NCBI GenBank assembly: GCA_034669905.1
Contig: JAXMOL010000030.1
Span: forward strand, 25,507-89,506
From: Candidatus Hydrogenedentota bacterium
GTDB taxonomy: Bacteria; Hydrogenedentota; Hydrogenedentia; Hydrogenedentales; JAEUWI01
Length of the DNA stretch: 64,000 bases
Reading direction: 5' to 3'
The notes beneath the pieces are model-generated. The model worked only from the letters and a program-made list of their open reading frames with translations. It was not told the origin of the DNA and searched no databases. The translations under genes and the position numbers were made by a program. Position 1 is the first letter of the stretch; the number at the start of each line of letters is the position of its first letter. Below are positions 1 through 8,025 of the stretch, in pieces.

Positions 1-195
1 GTTCCCATTGTCCGCCAGGATTTTCATGATGCCGCCGCACCCGAAGGTGTCGTCATCGGGGTGGGGCGTAAATATCAGGACCGTCTTCCCCTTCCAGGTC
101 TCGATGGGTTCCGAGAGCGGTGCTTCGGCCATGGCCGAACACACGTTTCCCAGCAGGAGAATAAAAACGGCGCAAACGGTGTTTCGTGTAGACAT
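1..195 (-). CDS. PIG-L family deacetylase, N-terminal part (runs off the window edge)
   Basis: Not in the ORF track. Manual translation from ATG 195 gives MSTRNTVCAVFILLLG...VLIFTPHPDDDTFGCGG: a signal-peptide-like start plus the PIG-L PHPDD motif. Confidence 0.85.
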   Translation of the reverse strand, partial: MSTRNTVCAVFILLLGNVCSAMAEAPLSEPIETWKGKTVLIFTPHPDDDTFGCGGIMKILADNGN

Positions 196-330
196 GTGTC
201 AATCCCTTTCCCGTTGGTGTCCTTCCAGTATAGGTCGGAAGGCCCGGTCAATAGCAAAAGGCCCGCCACCCTCGAGAAAGGCACTTGTTGTACCCCATGC
301 CCGCCATCACCCGGCGGCTCAAGGAAGCCC

Positions 331-864
331 ATGAAAGAACTCATTTACTACACCGCCACCTCGCTGGATGGCTTTACCGCAGGTCGCAAGGGCGACCACA
401 GTCTCTTCGTCAAACACGGCGCTTCCACCACCCGCCGCGAAACGGACCTCCCCCACGTCGACACCATCATCCTCTGTCGCCAATCCTATGAGGCCGGTTA
501 TGGCTATGGACTCCGCCCCGGCCAGCCCCTCTGCGAAGGACTGGTCCACTATATCTACTCCAACTCCCTCCGCTTCGACGCCGCCCACCCCGACGTCCAC
601 GTCCTCTCTCCCTGCATCGAAAACATCGCCCAACGAAAAGCCGAGGGCGACGGGGCCATTTATCTCTACGGTGGTGGCTACTTCGCCGGATGGCTCCTGG
701 AAAACGGCCTCATCGACACGGTGAAACTCCGCATCAACCCTGCCATCGTGGGGGACGGCGAGCGCATATTCGGACAATCGCCCCAGTCGGCCCGCCTCGA
801 ACTCGTCGAATCCCAGCCCGACGAAGGCGGAGTCTTCCTCAACACCTACCGCGTGTTAAACTAG
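331..864 (+). CDS. Dihydrofolate reductase-like / RibD C-terminal domain protein
   Basis: MKELIYYTATSLDGF start, IYLYGGG and LIDTVKLRINPAIVGDGERIF motifs; AAGGAA RBS before ATG 331. Confidence 0.85.
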   Translation: MKELIYYTATSLDGFTAGRKGDHSLFVKHGASTTRRETDLPHVDTIILCRQSYEAGYGYGLRPGQPLCEGLVHYIYSNSLRFDAAHPDVHVLSPCIENIAQRKAEGDGAIYLYGGGYFAGWLLENGLIDTVKLRINPAIVGDGERIFGQSPQSARLELVESQPDEGGVFLNTYRVLN

Positions 865-940
865 GCCCACCGAAGGACGAGCTTCCCCCGGCGGATAGGC
901 CGCCCCCTCGCCCGACGGCAACCCCATTGGAGTACTCACT

Positions 941-1312
941 ATGCTGAAAAACGCCGCCTTTGGCGCCCTCTGTTTCCTTATCGGAATGACCACCTACGCC
1001 CTGGCCCAGACCCAGGCCGAGATGAATCAGGAGGCCAAGACCGATCTCGAGATCGCCGACGCCGAACTGAACAAGGTCTACAAAGCCCTCCGTGCCAAAC
1101 TCAGCGACGACGGAAAGACCCGCCTGAAAGAAGTCCAGCTCATCTGGCTCAAATACCGCGACAAGAACGCAGCATTCGAAGCCTCCCTCTACGAAGGCGG
1201 CAGCATCGCCCCCATGGTCCACGCCGGCTCCCTCACCACCTCCACCGTCCTCCGCACCGAACAACTCAAAGGCATGTTCGCCGAAGGCTACGAAGAAGAT
1301 AGCCTGCCCTGA
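941..1312 (+). CDS. LprI / DUF1311 family secreted protein
   Basis: Signal peptide, QTQAEMN...ADAELNKVY...QLIWLKYRD pattern. Confidence 0.8.
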   Translation: MLKNAAFGALCFLIGMTTYALAQTQAEMNQEAKTDLEIADAELNKVYKALRAKLSDDGKTRLKEVQLIWLKYRDKNAAFEASLYEGGSIAPMVHAGSLTTSTVLRTEQLKGMFAEGYEEDSLP

Positions 1313-1343
1313 GCACGGACCCGCCCCCCGACAGTCCCCCCCC

Positions 1344-1376
1344 ACACCCTTCTGCAACGCGCGAAGGGTGTTTTTT
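1344..1376 (+). terminator. Rho-independent terminator
   Basis: ACACCCTTC/GAAGGGTGT stem followed by a T run, just after the LprI-like stop. Confidence 0.65.
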
Positions 1377-1698
1377 GTTGTGGCGGGGCACAATCTCCTG
1401 CAAATAAAAGGCCCCGAGTATCAGACAAGGGTTAAACGTAGTTGAACGGAATCTCATCCAGGCGAATTCTAAGTGTTACCCGGTAACACTTTGCATGTTT
1501 GAGCCAGCGTTCTCAGTCCAGGCAGCAGAATTATTTCGCATAGCCCCCATTACCAGTGTTCAGCGTTGGACTCCATTGTTTGGACACTAGCGCGTGTTTC
1601 TGAAGTGTATCCGTGTCGGGATAATGCCATCGGACCGACGGCGCTCCACAGAGACGGAGCCTTGGTGTCTCCCGGGCAGCGGTTAGGACTAACCGAAC

Positions 1699-1729
1699 AA
1701 AAAATCCCCGTTGGAAAACCAACGGGGAT
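1699..1729 (-). terminator. Original tRNA-Pro terminator, displaced 10 kb by the insertion
   Basis: Perfect 11-bp stem ATCCCCGTTGG-AAAA-CCAACGGGGAT with a U tract on the minus strand, just downstream of the duplicated tRNA 3' end. Confidence 0.8.
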
Positions 1730-1742
1730 GAAGTAACCGGTA

Positions 1743-1796
1743 TATATTGGTCGGGGTGGTAGGATTCGAACCTACGGCCCCCTGCTCCCAAAGCAG
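1743..1796 (-). repeat. att site: duplicated 3' part of tRNA-Pro (54-bp direct repeat)
   Basis: Identical to 11848-11901; spans the anticodon stem-loop to CCA plus 5 nt. Confidence 0.97.
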
Positions 1797-1939
1797 TCAA
1801 ATAGACAGTACAGCTACGACACTAAGTGTCTTTGTTGCAAGGTTTTATAACTCTATCAGACTTTACCCTTCATTGCAAGTATTACCTTCATTTTGGGGGT
1901 GTTTTGGACCATTTCGGGTACCATACCCGGATCGTCTAT

Positions 1940-2398
1940 TTACCATCCACCCCGAAAAGCGCGGGGCTCGTAGCTCCGGACCCATCGCCGAATTGGGGTA
2001 CGGGACGGCCGTTTCTGCGCCTCGATTTCCTCTGGCGATAATTGCCATTTACGTAACACAACCACTGATTTAGTTGCGTTATCTGATTCGTTACTGTGTG
2101 TTTCGTTGTCATCCTCGGCGAACGCGTCAAAGATGATCTCTGTCAGTTCCTCGCGGTCGCCACTTGTCGGCAATCCCAAATTGGTAGCCACCTCGCGCAA
2201 TTCCTCGTCGCTCAGCGCATTTAGGTCTACTTCCTCATGGTCTGTATCGACTGAGGGGGAGTTTTCGTCACACGCGGCAACCTCGTGCGTTTTGCGTGCT
2301 TTCCAGGCCGCAACCTTGCACCTGTCATCACAGAATTTCCTTCGACGGCCTGTTTTTGGCTGTTCCAGCGGTTTTTCACAGTGCTGGCAAGTATCCAT
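1940..2398 (-). CDS. Zn-finger (CxxC...CxxxC, CGNR-like) plus SAP/Rho-N-like DNA-binding protein
   Basis: MDTCQHC...RRRKFCDDRCKVAAWKARK and DLNALSDEELREVATNLGLPTSGDREEL; AAAGGA RBS. Confidence 0.7.
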   Translation of the reverse strand: MDTCQHCEKPLEQPKTGRRRKFCDDRCKVAAWKARKTHEVAACDENSPSVDTDHEEVDLNALSDEELREVATNLGLPTSGDREELTEIIFDAFAEDDNETHSNESDNATKSVVVLRKWQLSPEEIEAQKRPSRTPIRRWVRSYEPRAFRGGW

Positions 2399-2457
2399 GG
2401 ATTTGGTCCTTTCGTCTCGGCTCCAGCCCCCCCGGGGGGACTAACAGTGCAACAAAT

Positions 2458-2508
2458 ACCCGCAGTGCGTCGTCTGACCGACCTCTACCCTCCCCCGGGG
2501 GGGGACCC
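2458..2508 (-). other. Candidate lambda-type cos packaging site
   Basis: Minus strand reads GGGTCCC-N26-AGACGACGCACT-GCGGGT; lambda reads GGGTCCT-N23-GGGCGGCGACCT-C-GCGGGT. Confidence 0.45.
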
Positions 2509-2557
2509 GTCGCCTTTTGGGGCGCTCAGGCCCCCCGATCCGGGGTGTTTCGTGGCC

Positions 2558-3031
2558 TCACGCGGTCGGTGTGGCCATGGTTCGTGCGGTTTGGCCCTGG
2601 TGGCAGGGTGCGCCATGCACGGGATGGGGTGCGCGGGCCTTCTGCACGGTGCGGGCTTCCAGTGCACGTAACCGCTCGCATGGCTCTATCGGTTCAAGGG
2701 CCAGATCCAGCGCGGCGGAATTGGTCGCCCTCATTCCATGGACCAGGTACAGCGCCACGATACGGCGTGTGCGTGCTACCCCATCCAAGCCCAGCGCCAC
2801 GGTGACCACCTGGGCCATGCGCCTATGCTGTTCGCCTCGGTTACGGCTCGCCTGCCTTGCGAGGTACCAGGCGGCCTTCAGGCGGTCTTGAAGTTGTTCC
2901 CGTGTCGGGGCCCCGCCATCGACCGGGAAAGAGTCATGGAAGGCAACCAGGGCGTCTTGGGCTTCGGGCGATATCTGGTGTTTGCACTCTTCGAAGTGTT
3001 GGATCACTTCCTCACGGCTTCGAAAGTTCAT
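2558..3031 (-). CDS. Hypothetical protein (157 aa), translationally coupled to rep
   Basis: ATG overlaps the rep TGA (TGATG) with GGAGG upstream; MNFRSREEVIQHF... Confidence 0.65.
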   Translation of the reverse strand: MNFRSREEVIQHFEECKHQISPEAQDALVAFHDSFPVDGGAPTREQLQDRLKAAWYLARQASRNRGEQHRRMAQVVTVALGLDGVARTRRIVALYLVHGMRATNSAALDLALEPIEPCERLRALEARTVQKARAPHPVHGAPCHQGQTARTMATPTA

Positions 3032-4035
3032 CAATGCACCTCCTTCGGCTTGGCAGGCAACCGCACGCCACGGGACTCCAGATGCTTTTTGCACTTGTTC
3101 GCAATGTAGGCCCCGGGCTTGTTTAGCGTTCCCAGCCCTTTCACCTCTCGGGCTTGAGGGTCCTTGCATTGCTCGACGTACTCGACAGCCTCAAAGAGCA
3201 CACCAACCCCGTCGTGAGCCTTCATCAGCCCGCCCACCTCCTTCCACCATGCACGGTAGTGCTCTGGATCGTCTGCAGCCTTTCGAAGCCGTCGCCAAAG
3301 CTCAGTGCCGTGGTGCTTCGAAAGGACCGACTCCGACAAATCCGAAACCGATGAAATCGCCGAATCCGACCGACCGACCGAATCCGACCTTCCCCCTGGT
3401 TCAGGGTTTGGCCTGGGCTTTGGCTTGTCACGTGGTCCGGGCTCGGTTCGGCTCGGTATCGGTATCGGCAAGGTATCGGTATCGGTATCGGTATCGGTAG
3501 GCGCGTTTCCGCGCGGAAACGCGCGATTCCGCGCGCGGCTGTTTTCCGGTGGGTTTTCCGGGCTATCTGGTGGCGTATCCTGGGGGTTTCCTGGGCCTGA
3601 ATCGGAGGGCGGATCACCCCCTGGATTGTCCATCATTTTCTTGTAGTCTCGCTCAATTTCCGCCCGATCTTTCGTATGGATCCGGGTCAACTTCGGGATG
3701 GAACCATCCGCGAAAAAGGCGCGGGACTTCACGAGGGCATTGTGTACCGAGTCTTCGCAATGTTCCGCCCAATCATGGACAATCAACCTGTGCCTGTCGT
3801 CACGGTCCAACCAGTTACGGTTAACAAGGGCCTCAATCAATTCGCCTGGGTCGCCGTCGTACTCGAGGCCCATTGCTAACTCTTCGTCTGTAAACTTCCC
3901 TATGTTGCCCGCTGGTGTGTTTCGCGCTGTAAAGTCCCACATGAGTTGCAGTAGACCCACAGCGGCATATAGGGGAAGGTTCAGATCCTTCTTCAGGAGT
4001 TGAAACTTCATGAGGCTGTCAGTGCCTTTTTTCAT
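3031..4035 (-). CDS. Phage replication initiator (replisome organizer-like) with repeat-rich linker
   Basis: N-terminal winged-helix-like region LMWDF...GELIEALVNRNWLD...LIVHDWAEH; Pro/Asp/Thr-rich linker encoded by DNA repeats; C-terminal NKPGAYIANKC; GGAGG RBS. Confidence 0.7.
   Translation of the reverse strand: MKKGTDSLMKFQLLKKDLNLPLYAAVGLLQLMWDFTARNTPAGNIGKFTDEELAMGLEYDGDPGELIEALVNRNWLDRDDRHRLIVHDWAEHCEDSVHNALVKSRAFFADGSIPKLTRIHTKDRAEIERDYKKMMDNPGGDPPSDSGPGNPQDTPPDSPENPPENSRARNRAFPRGNAPTDTDTDTDTLPIPIPSRTEPGPRDKPKPRPNPEPGGRSDSVGRSDSAISSVSDLSESVLSKHHGTELWRRLRKAADDPEHYRAWWKEVGGLMKAHDGVGVLFEAVEYVEQCKDPQAREVKGLGTLNKPGAYIANKCKKHLESRGVRLPAKPKEVH
3326..3631. repeat. Iteron-like repeats and 24-bp palindrome inside rep (candidate origin)
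   Basis: GGTATC x2 and x4 (3455-3499); palindrome GCGCGTTTCCGCGCGGAAACGCGC (3501-3524); degenerate 12-bp-period repeats; CCGAATCCGACC x2. Confidence 0.6.
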
Positions 4036-4090
4036 AGATCAACCTCCTCTCCTGTTGACTTTCGCCCCTGATTTAGAGTAGTATCTATCT

Positions 4091-4160
4091 CACGGCTCTG
4101 TTGCAAGATTCGTTGCCCGCCCAATCGTTTCGCGACGGTTGCGGCGGGCGGTCCTTTTCT
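4091..4160 (+). ncRNA. Candidate antisense RNA counter-transcribed to the rep leader
   Basis: TTGACT(4055)-N18-TAGTAT(4079) promoter beside the rep RBS; hairpin 4115-4149 with plus-strand G-U pairs, then CCTTTTCT. Confidence 0.5.
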
Positions 4161-4228
4161 GGGGTACATTTCGTTTCCTTAGGGTTCTCTCTGGCCAGAC
4201 AGAATTTAGGAAATGGCCTGGAAGCCGT

Positions 4229-5830
4229 CTACAGGACTTCACGGGCCTGTGCGGGGTTTCCCCCTGGGTTTCGCTGATTGGAGCCCTTACCGGCCGATTT
4301 CAGGGCCGCCGTGTTTTCCCTGAGCGCTTGGGTCATTTCTCCCACCCCCTCCTTCAGGCCCTCGGTGTCAACGGGGAATTCAGCACGGGCCGCTTCCACA
4401 TCGAAGGTCCGGGCACGGGTGGCCTTCAATCGCTCCAATTGTGCGGGGGAATACGTGCCGGCATTGTATGGCGAATTATTCTCGAGTCGCTCCAAGTCCC
4501 GTTGCCTGCGGAACTCAAACAGATCCCGCAACATTTCATCGCGCAGCGGGCCCGGCGCCGTGTTTCGGATTTCACCAATGCGGCCGCGCTCGAGAGTCTG
4601 CCGGCTCCCTATACCGCCCAACACACGACCAAAAAATGCACCCCAGCTATTCTGGTCTTCGCCCGTGTGCAGCTGCACAGCCAGGGCACCAAGATCCTGA
4701 TTTCGGGAGAATTTCGAAAGCATAGTTTGCGGGGCTGTGTCGTTGGCAATGTTTGGGGCGTTTTCCCGGAGTTTTGCATTGATCGCATTCAGTTCCTGCA
4801 TTTTCGTGACCGGGTCTTCCAGGCGCTTGGCGATAATTTCCACCGCCTTGCTCGTGTCGCCTGAAATTTTCCCAAGGTCCTCGATAGACCCGGAAACTTC
4901 GTCAATGCTGGAAGCCAAATTTTGAGCCGTGACAATACTTTGCTTGCCGAACAAGTCGATCATCTCGCCCTTGCTGGACTTGAAAAGCTCTTTCAGCTGG
5001 ACCAGCTTTTCTTGATAACTTCCCGTCAGTTGGATGCCCTTCTTCTGGGCCTCCTCCATGATCAGGAAAACGTTTCGTAGTCCGGTGAAGGTTTTCTCAA
5101 TGGAGCCGGTTTTGAGGGTGGACCCAATCACCGTGCCCAACACCTCGTCAAGGGTGACGCCCACCACGTCCCCCGCACTGGCTAATTCAGGAAGCCGTGT
5201 TGCCAGGTCTTCAAAGCTCAGGCGTGCCTTGTCCTGGGTGTACATAAGTTTGTTCAAAAGCTCGGTGACGTTCTCCACTTCCCCGCCATAGATCTGGTAT
5301 GAGGAAGTAAGCAGGTTTTGGGCGGTTACCAGGTCACCCCCCGTGGCCTTCGAAAGGTCTTTCATAGCCTGCCCGAGATCCCCTCGTACCGCATCGGAAA
5401 GGTTCCCGGTGCCGGATGTCAGATCAAACAGTGCCTGGGCTCCTTGGGCCGCTGTCACATCCAAAGCCGACGACAGCAACACGACCTCCCTACGCAACCG
5501 GGCCAGATCGCCGGCGTTGTCGCCCAGACTCGAAAGAGGTACGATCGCCTTTTCGAGTTCGAGCTGCTTAGCATCGATGGCCTGGGCGGTCTGATTGACT
5601 TTGCCCAACCCGGCGGCCGCTGCCCCAAGTCCGGCCAGGCCTGCCACGCCCATTAATACACTGCGCCCCAAGCCTTTCATAGTCATGGCGGTCGCTTGGC
5701 CTTCCCGGCGCAAACCGCGCATGCCGTTCCGGGTGTCGCGAAACACGGCTTTGGTAGTTGCCCGCACTCCGGACGTATTGCCCGTTTCAAAATTCATTTT
5801 GACAGTAGTGTCGCCCTTGGACGTACTCAT
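4229..5830 (-). CDS. Phage tail tape measure protein (TP901/PhageMin_Tail-like), short, 533 aa
   Basis: Helical Ala/Gly-rich protein with hydrophobic GVAGLAGLGAAAAG, then AQGAQALFDLTSG...TQDKARLSFEDLATRLPELASAGDVVGVTLDEVLG...TFTGLRNVF, which matches the TMP core pattern. Confidence 0.8.
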   Translation of the reverse strand: MSTSKGDTTVKMNFETGNTSGVRATTKAVFRDTRNGMRGLRREGQATAMTMKGLGRSVLMGVAGLAGLGAAAAGLGKVNQTAQAIDAKQLELEKAIVPLSSLGDNAGDLARLRREVVLLSSALDVTAAQGAQALFDLTSGTGNLSDAVRGDLGQAMKDLSKATGGDLVTAQNLLTSSYQIYGGEVENVTELLNKLMYTQDKARLSFEDLATRLPELASAGDVVGVTLDEVLGTVIGSTLKTGSIEKTFTGLRNVFLIMEEAQKKGIQLTGSYQEKLVQLKELFKSSKGEMIDLFGKQSIVTAQNLASSIDEVSGSIEDLGKISGDTSKAVEIIAKRLEDPVTKMQELNAINAKLRENAPNIANDTAPQTMLSKFSRNQDLGALAVQLHTGEDQNSWGAFFGRVLGGIGSRQTLERGRIGEIRNTAPGPLRDEMLRDLFEFRRQRDLERLENNSPYNAGTYSPAQLERLKATRARTFDVEAARAEFPVDTEGLKEGVGEMTQALRENTAALKSAGKGSNQRNPGGNPAQAREVL

Positions 5831-6028
5831 TCACTTCCTTTCAGTTTCGCGCCAAACTTGCGCTACGTATTTCCAAAATCCCAAACGCTCACGGCCATCG
5901 CGGGCGGTCTTGCAGAACTGGTCAGCACGGGCTGTTTTGTCTGCCCATCGCTTCGACGTGGCCGCGATCCAGTCCAGCCAGGGCCGGGGCAGTCGCCACA
6001 GGATGGCCTCAACAATCTTCCAGAGCAT
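5831..6028 (-). CDS. Small Trp/Arg-rich hypothetical protein (65 aa)
   Basis: ATG overlaps the upstream TGA (TGATG); its stop abuts the TMP ATG. Confidence 0.55.
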   Translation of the reverse strand: MLWKIVEAILWRLPRPWLDWIAATSKRWADKTARADQFCKTARDGRERLGFWKYVAQVWRETERK

Positions 6029-6357
6029 CAAAGCCCTTCCCGTTCCAGGCGGGCGGCCGCACGGGTGGCCGCCTCGGTACGTTCGGCGTTGGTTCGGTGC
6101 GGGGCAATCTCGGGCCGGGTTTCGCCGTCCTTCAACTGAAAATACGCGACATCCTGATCGGCGATCTCCTTGAAGAACTCCGAAGCCTTGGACGCATCCA
6201 CAAACAACCTCTTCCCCACCCGTTGATGAGGTAGGCGCACCTGTTGTCCATTGCGCGTTTTGATGCCCTTTCGACACCAACGCCAGATCGTTGATGGGGC
6301 GGGATCCCCTGGTACCAATTTCGCAAACTCGCCAATTGTGACCATGTTCGACTTCAT
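6028..6357 (-). CDS. AlpA/excisionase-like HTH protein (DUF1580-like)
   Basis: TIGEFAKLVPGDPAPSTIWRWCRKG...VRLPHQRVGKRLFV MerR/Xis-like motif; GGAG RBS. Confidence 0.8.
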   Translation of the reverse strand: MKSNMVTIGEFAKLVPGDPAPSTIWRWCRKGIKTRNGQQVRLPHQRVGKRLFVDASKASEFFKEIADQDVAYFQLKDGETRPEIAPHRTNAERTEAATRAAARLEREGL

Positions 6358-6404
6358 TGCAAAACTTCTCCATTTCTTGTTTTTGTTGCATCGTTCGATT
6401 TTTT

Positions 6405-6432
6405 AAAACCGGGTGGACCGCGGCCCACCCGG
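6405..6432 (-). terminator. Terminator after the capsid gene
   Basis: CCGGGTGG/CCACCCGG stem followed by TTTT on the minus strand. Confidence 0.55.
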
Positions 6433-6478
6433 CCCCTGAAGGAGGGACAGCATCACAGGCTGTCGCCACAAAAAAGGA

Positions 6479-7585
6479 CTATTGACCCACGCTTGCCCAA
6501 CCGGCGCGGTGGTCGATGGTGGTACCACCGAAAACGCTCTTGACCTTCCAGGTCAGCACGTCGGATTGAATCCAAGCGGCATTTGAGGATCCCCGGTCAG
6601 GCACGGTCACCTGGGGGAAGTCGTACCCGGCGAGGGTGCCGAACTCACCGGCGGGAATATTCGCCGGATCCGTGAACAGCGCCCACGAGGTCGCTCCTTT
6701 CGTACCGGAGGTCACGAGGGACGGGATCCACGGGTTGACCAGCAACTGAATGTTGAGGTCCGCAAGCACGTTACGGGTGCCCATCCGTTCTGGGGTTCCG
6801 CTACCAGACCCCGAAGTATCCACGGGATAAACGAGGTTGATGGAGTTGAGGATTTCCATGGCAAGCAACTGCAGGGCGGGGGGCACCATAAGGTACTTGG
6901 GTTGTGCCACGATGGGATCGCCGTCCGGGTCGGTATATGCGAGCATTTGACCAACCGCGGTGCGCAGATTCTCCACGCTCAAGGGAAGCGAGGATACCCC
7001 GCTTGGCTGGGCATCAAAGAACGCGTCAACCGGGCCGTCTGCACCGAAATACAGGGAGCTCAAAAACGCTTCTAGCGTCCTAATCAGGGCACGGGCCATA
7101 CGCATTGGCATGGTCTCGAATACCCGAACGGGGTCATTCGCCAGGGCCTCTTCGGTCGCCTGAAATAAGGCACCGTACTTGATGACTTTGTAGGTGTCGG
7201 TCTGGCTTTGCTCCAAACTGATCTGCCCATACTCGGCACCCTCCCGAACAATAGGAAGGGTGGTCTCCAGGCCATCAAAGCGGATAGCCTCAACAGGTCC
7301 GAATGTGGGGATCCCTCGGCGCACCCGGACGATGTTTTCCATGACGCGGGGCGTGTGAGTGTACAGGGCTTGCAGTTCGCGGGCGGTCACGTCGGCAGTG
7401 AGAAGCGCAGCGCTCCCGGTGGTGGTGGCAAAACATTGCCGAATGCGTTCAGCACGACGGCGAGGATCGCCACCATTGCCAAAGAGCAGATCAGCGGCGG
7501 CGGCCAGTTCCGCTTCAGAGAATTGGCTCTGTCGCCGGGCATCCTCGGCGGCCCATCCTTGGGCGAGTTCTAAAAGTTCAGGCAT
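6479..7585 (-). CDS. Major capsid protein, Mu gpT-like (HK97 fold)
   Basis: IVREGAEY, YKVIKYGALFQATEEALANDP, PKYLMVPPAL, WKVKSVFGGTTIDHR motifs; start placed after AAGGAG RBS. Confidence 0.85.
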   Translation of the reverse strand: MPELLELAQGWAAEDARRQSQFSEAELAAAADLLFGNGGDPRRRAERIRQCFATTTGSAALLTADVTARELQALYTHTPRVMENIVRVRRGIPTFGPVEAIRFDGLETTLPIVREGAEYGQISLEQSQTDTYKVIKYGALFQATEEALANDPVRVFETMPMRMARALIRTLEAFLSSLYFGADGPVDAFFDAQPSGVSSLPLSVENLRTAVGQMLAYTDPDGDPIVAQPKYLMVPPALQLLAMEILNSINLVYPVDTSGSGSGTPERMGTRNVLADLNIQLLVNPWIPSLVTSGTKGATSWALFTDPANIPAGEFGTLAGYDFPQVTVPDRGSSNAAWIQSDVLTWKVKSVFGGTTIDHRAGWASVGQ

Positions 7586-7599
7586 TACGACGGGTCTCC

Positions 7600-8025
7600 T
7601 TAGGAGGTTTTGATCTTCACGCAAATATTGGACGCGGACGCGGATCCGGACAGGGCGTTAAGCGCGTACCCGAAAAGGGTGTGGCCGCTGGTCGCATCGA
7701 CTGACAGCACGGCGGTGCTATCGTCAATGTAGACCGCATCACCAACGGCAACGTCTTCCGTGCCTTGGTCGTCAGAGGCCACGACAGGCAGCGAAAATAC
7801 CCCGCTGGTCTGTAGCACCAAGTCCGCATCGTTTCCGGTGGGCTCGGTGACCACGACACCAACCAGGCCACCCACGATGGCGGCATCACCCAGTTGAGGG
7901 GGATCATTGGGTGCGGTGACTACGTTTTCATTCAATGTCAGCTTGGACCCGCCTTGTGTCGGGGCTGGGCTGATTTCCCGGCCAGCCGTTGCGCCGGTCG
8001 GATAATATGCGGTGGGGTATCCCAT
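7600..8025 (-). CDS. Capsid decoration/cement protein (DUF2190-like)
   Basis: GDAAIVGGLVGVV...GVFSLP...VGDAVYID...LFGYAL pattern; adjacent to the MCP. Confidence 0.8.
   Translation of the reverse strand: MGYPTAYYPTGATAGREISPAPTQGGSKLTLNENVVTAPNDPPQLGDAAIVGGLVGVVVTEPTGNDADLVLQTSGVFSLPVVASDDQGTEDVAVGDAVYIDDSTAVLSVDATSGHTLFGYALNALSGSASASNICVKIKTS

Noticed and set aside
1748..1796. Second tRNA-Pro gene
   Set aside because: Only the 3' part is present (no 5' acceptor strand or D arm); it is the att duplication.
3455..3499. CRISPR array (also considered for 42637-43382 and 63544-63621)
   Set aside because: No repeat-spacer periodicity and no cas genes; these are microsatellites or two-copy repeats.
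5831..6469. Lambda G-T style frameshifted tail chaperone (212-aa open frame overlapping the HTH gene)
   Set aside because: The overlapped gene is clearly an Xis/AlpA-like HTH, and I saw no convincing slippery heptamer.
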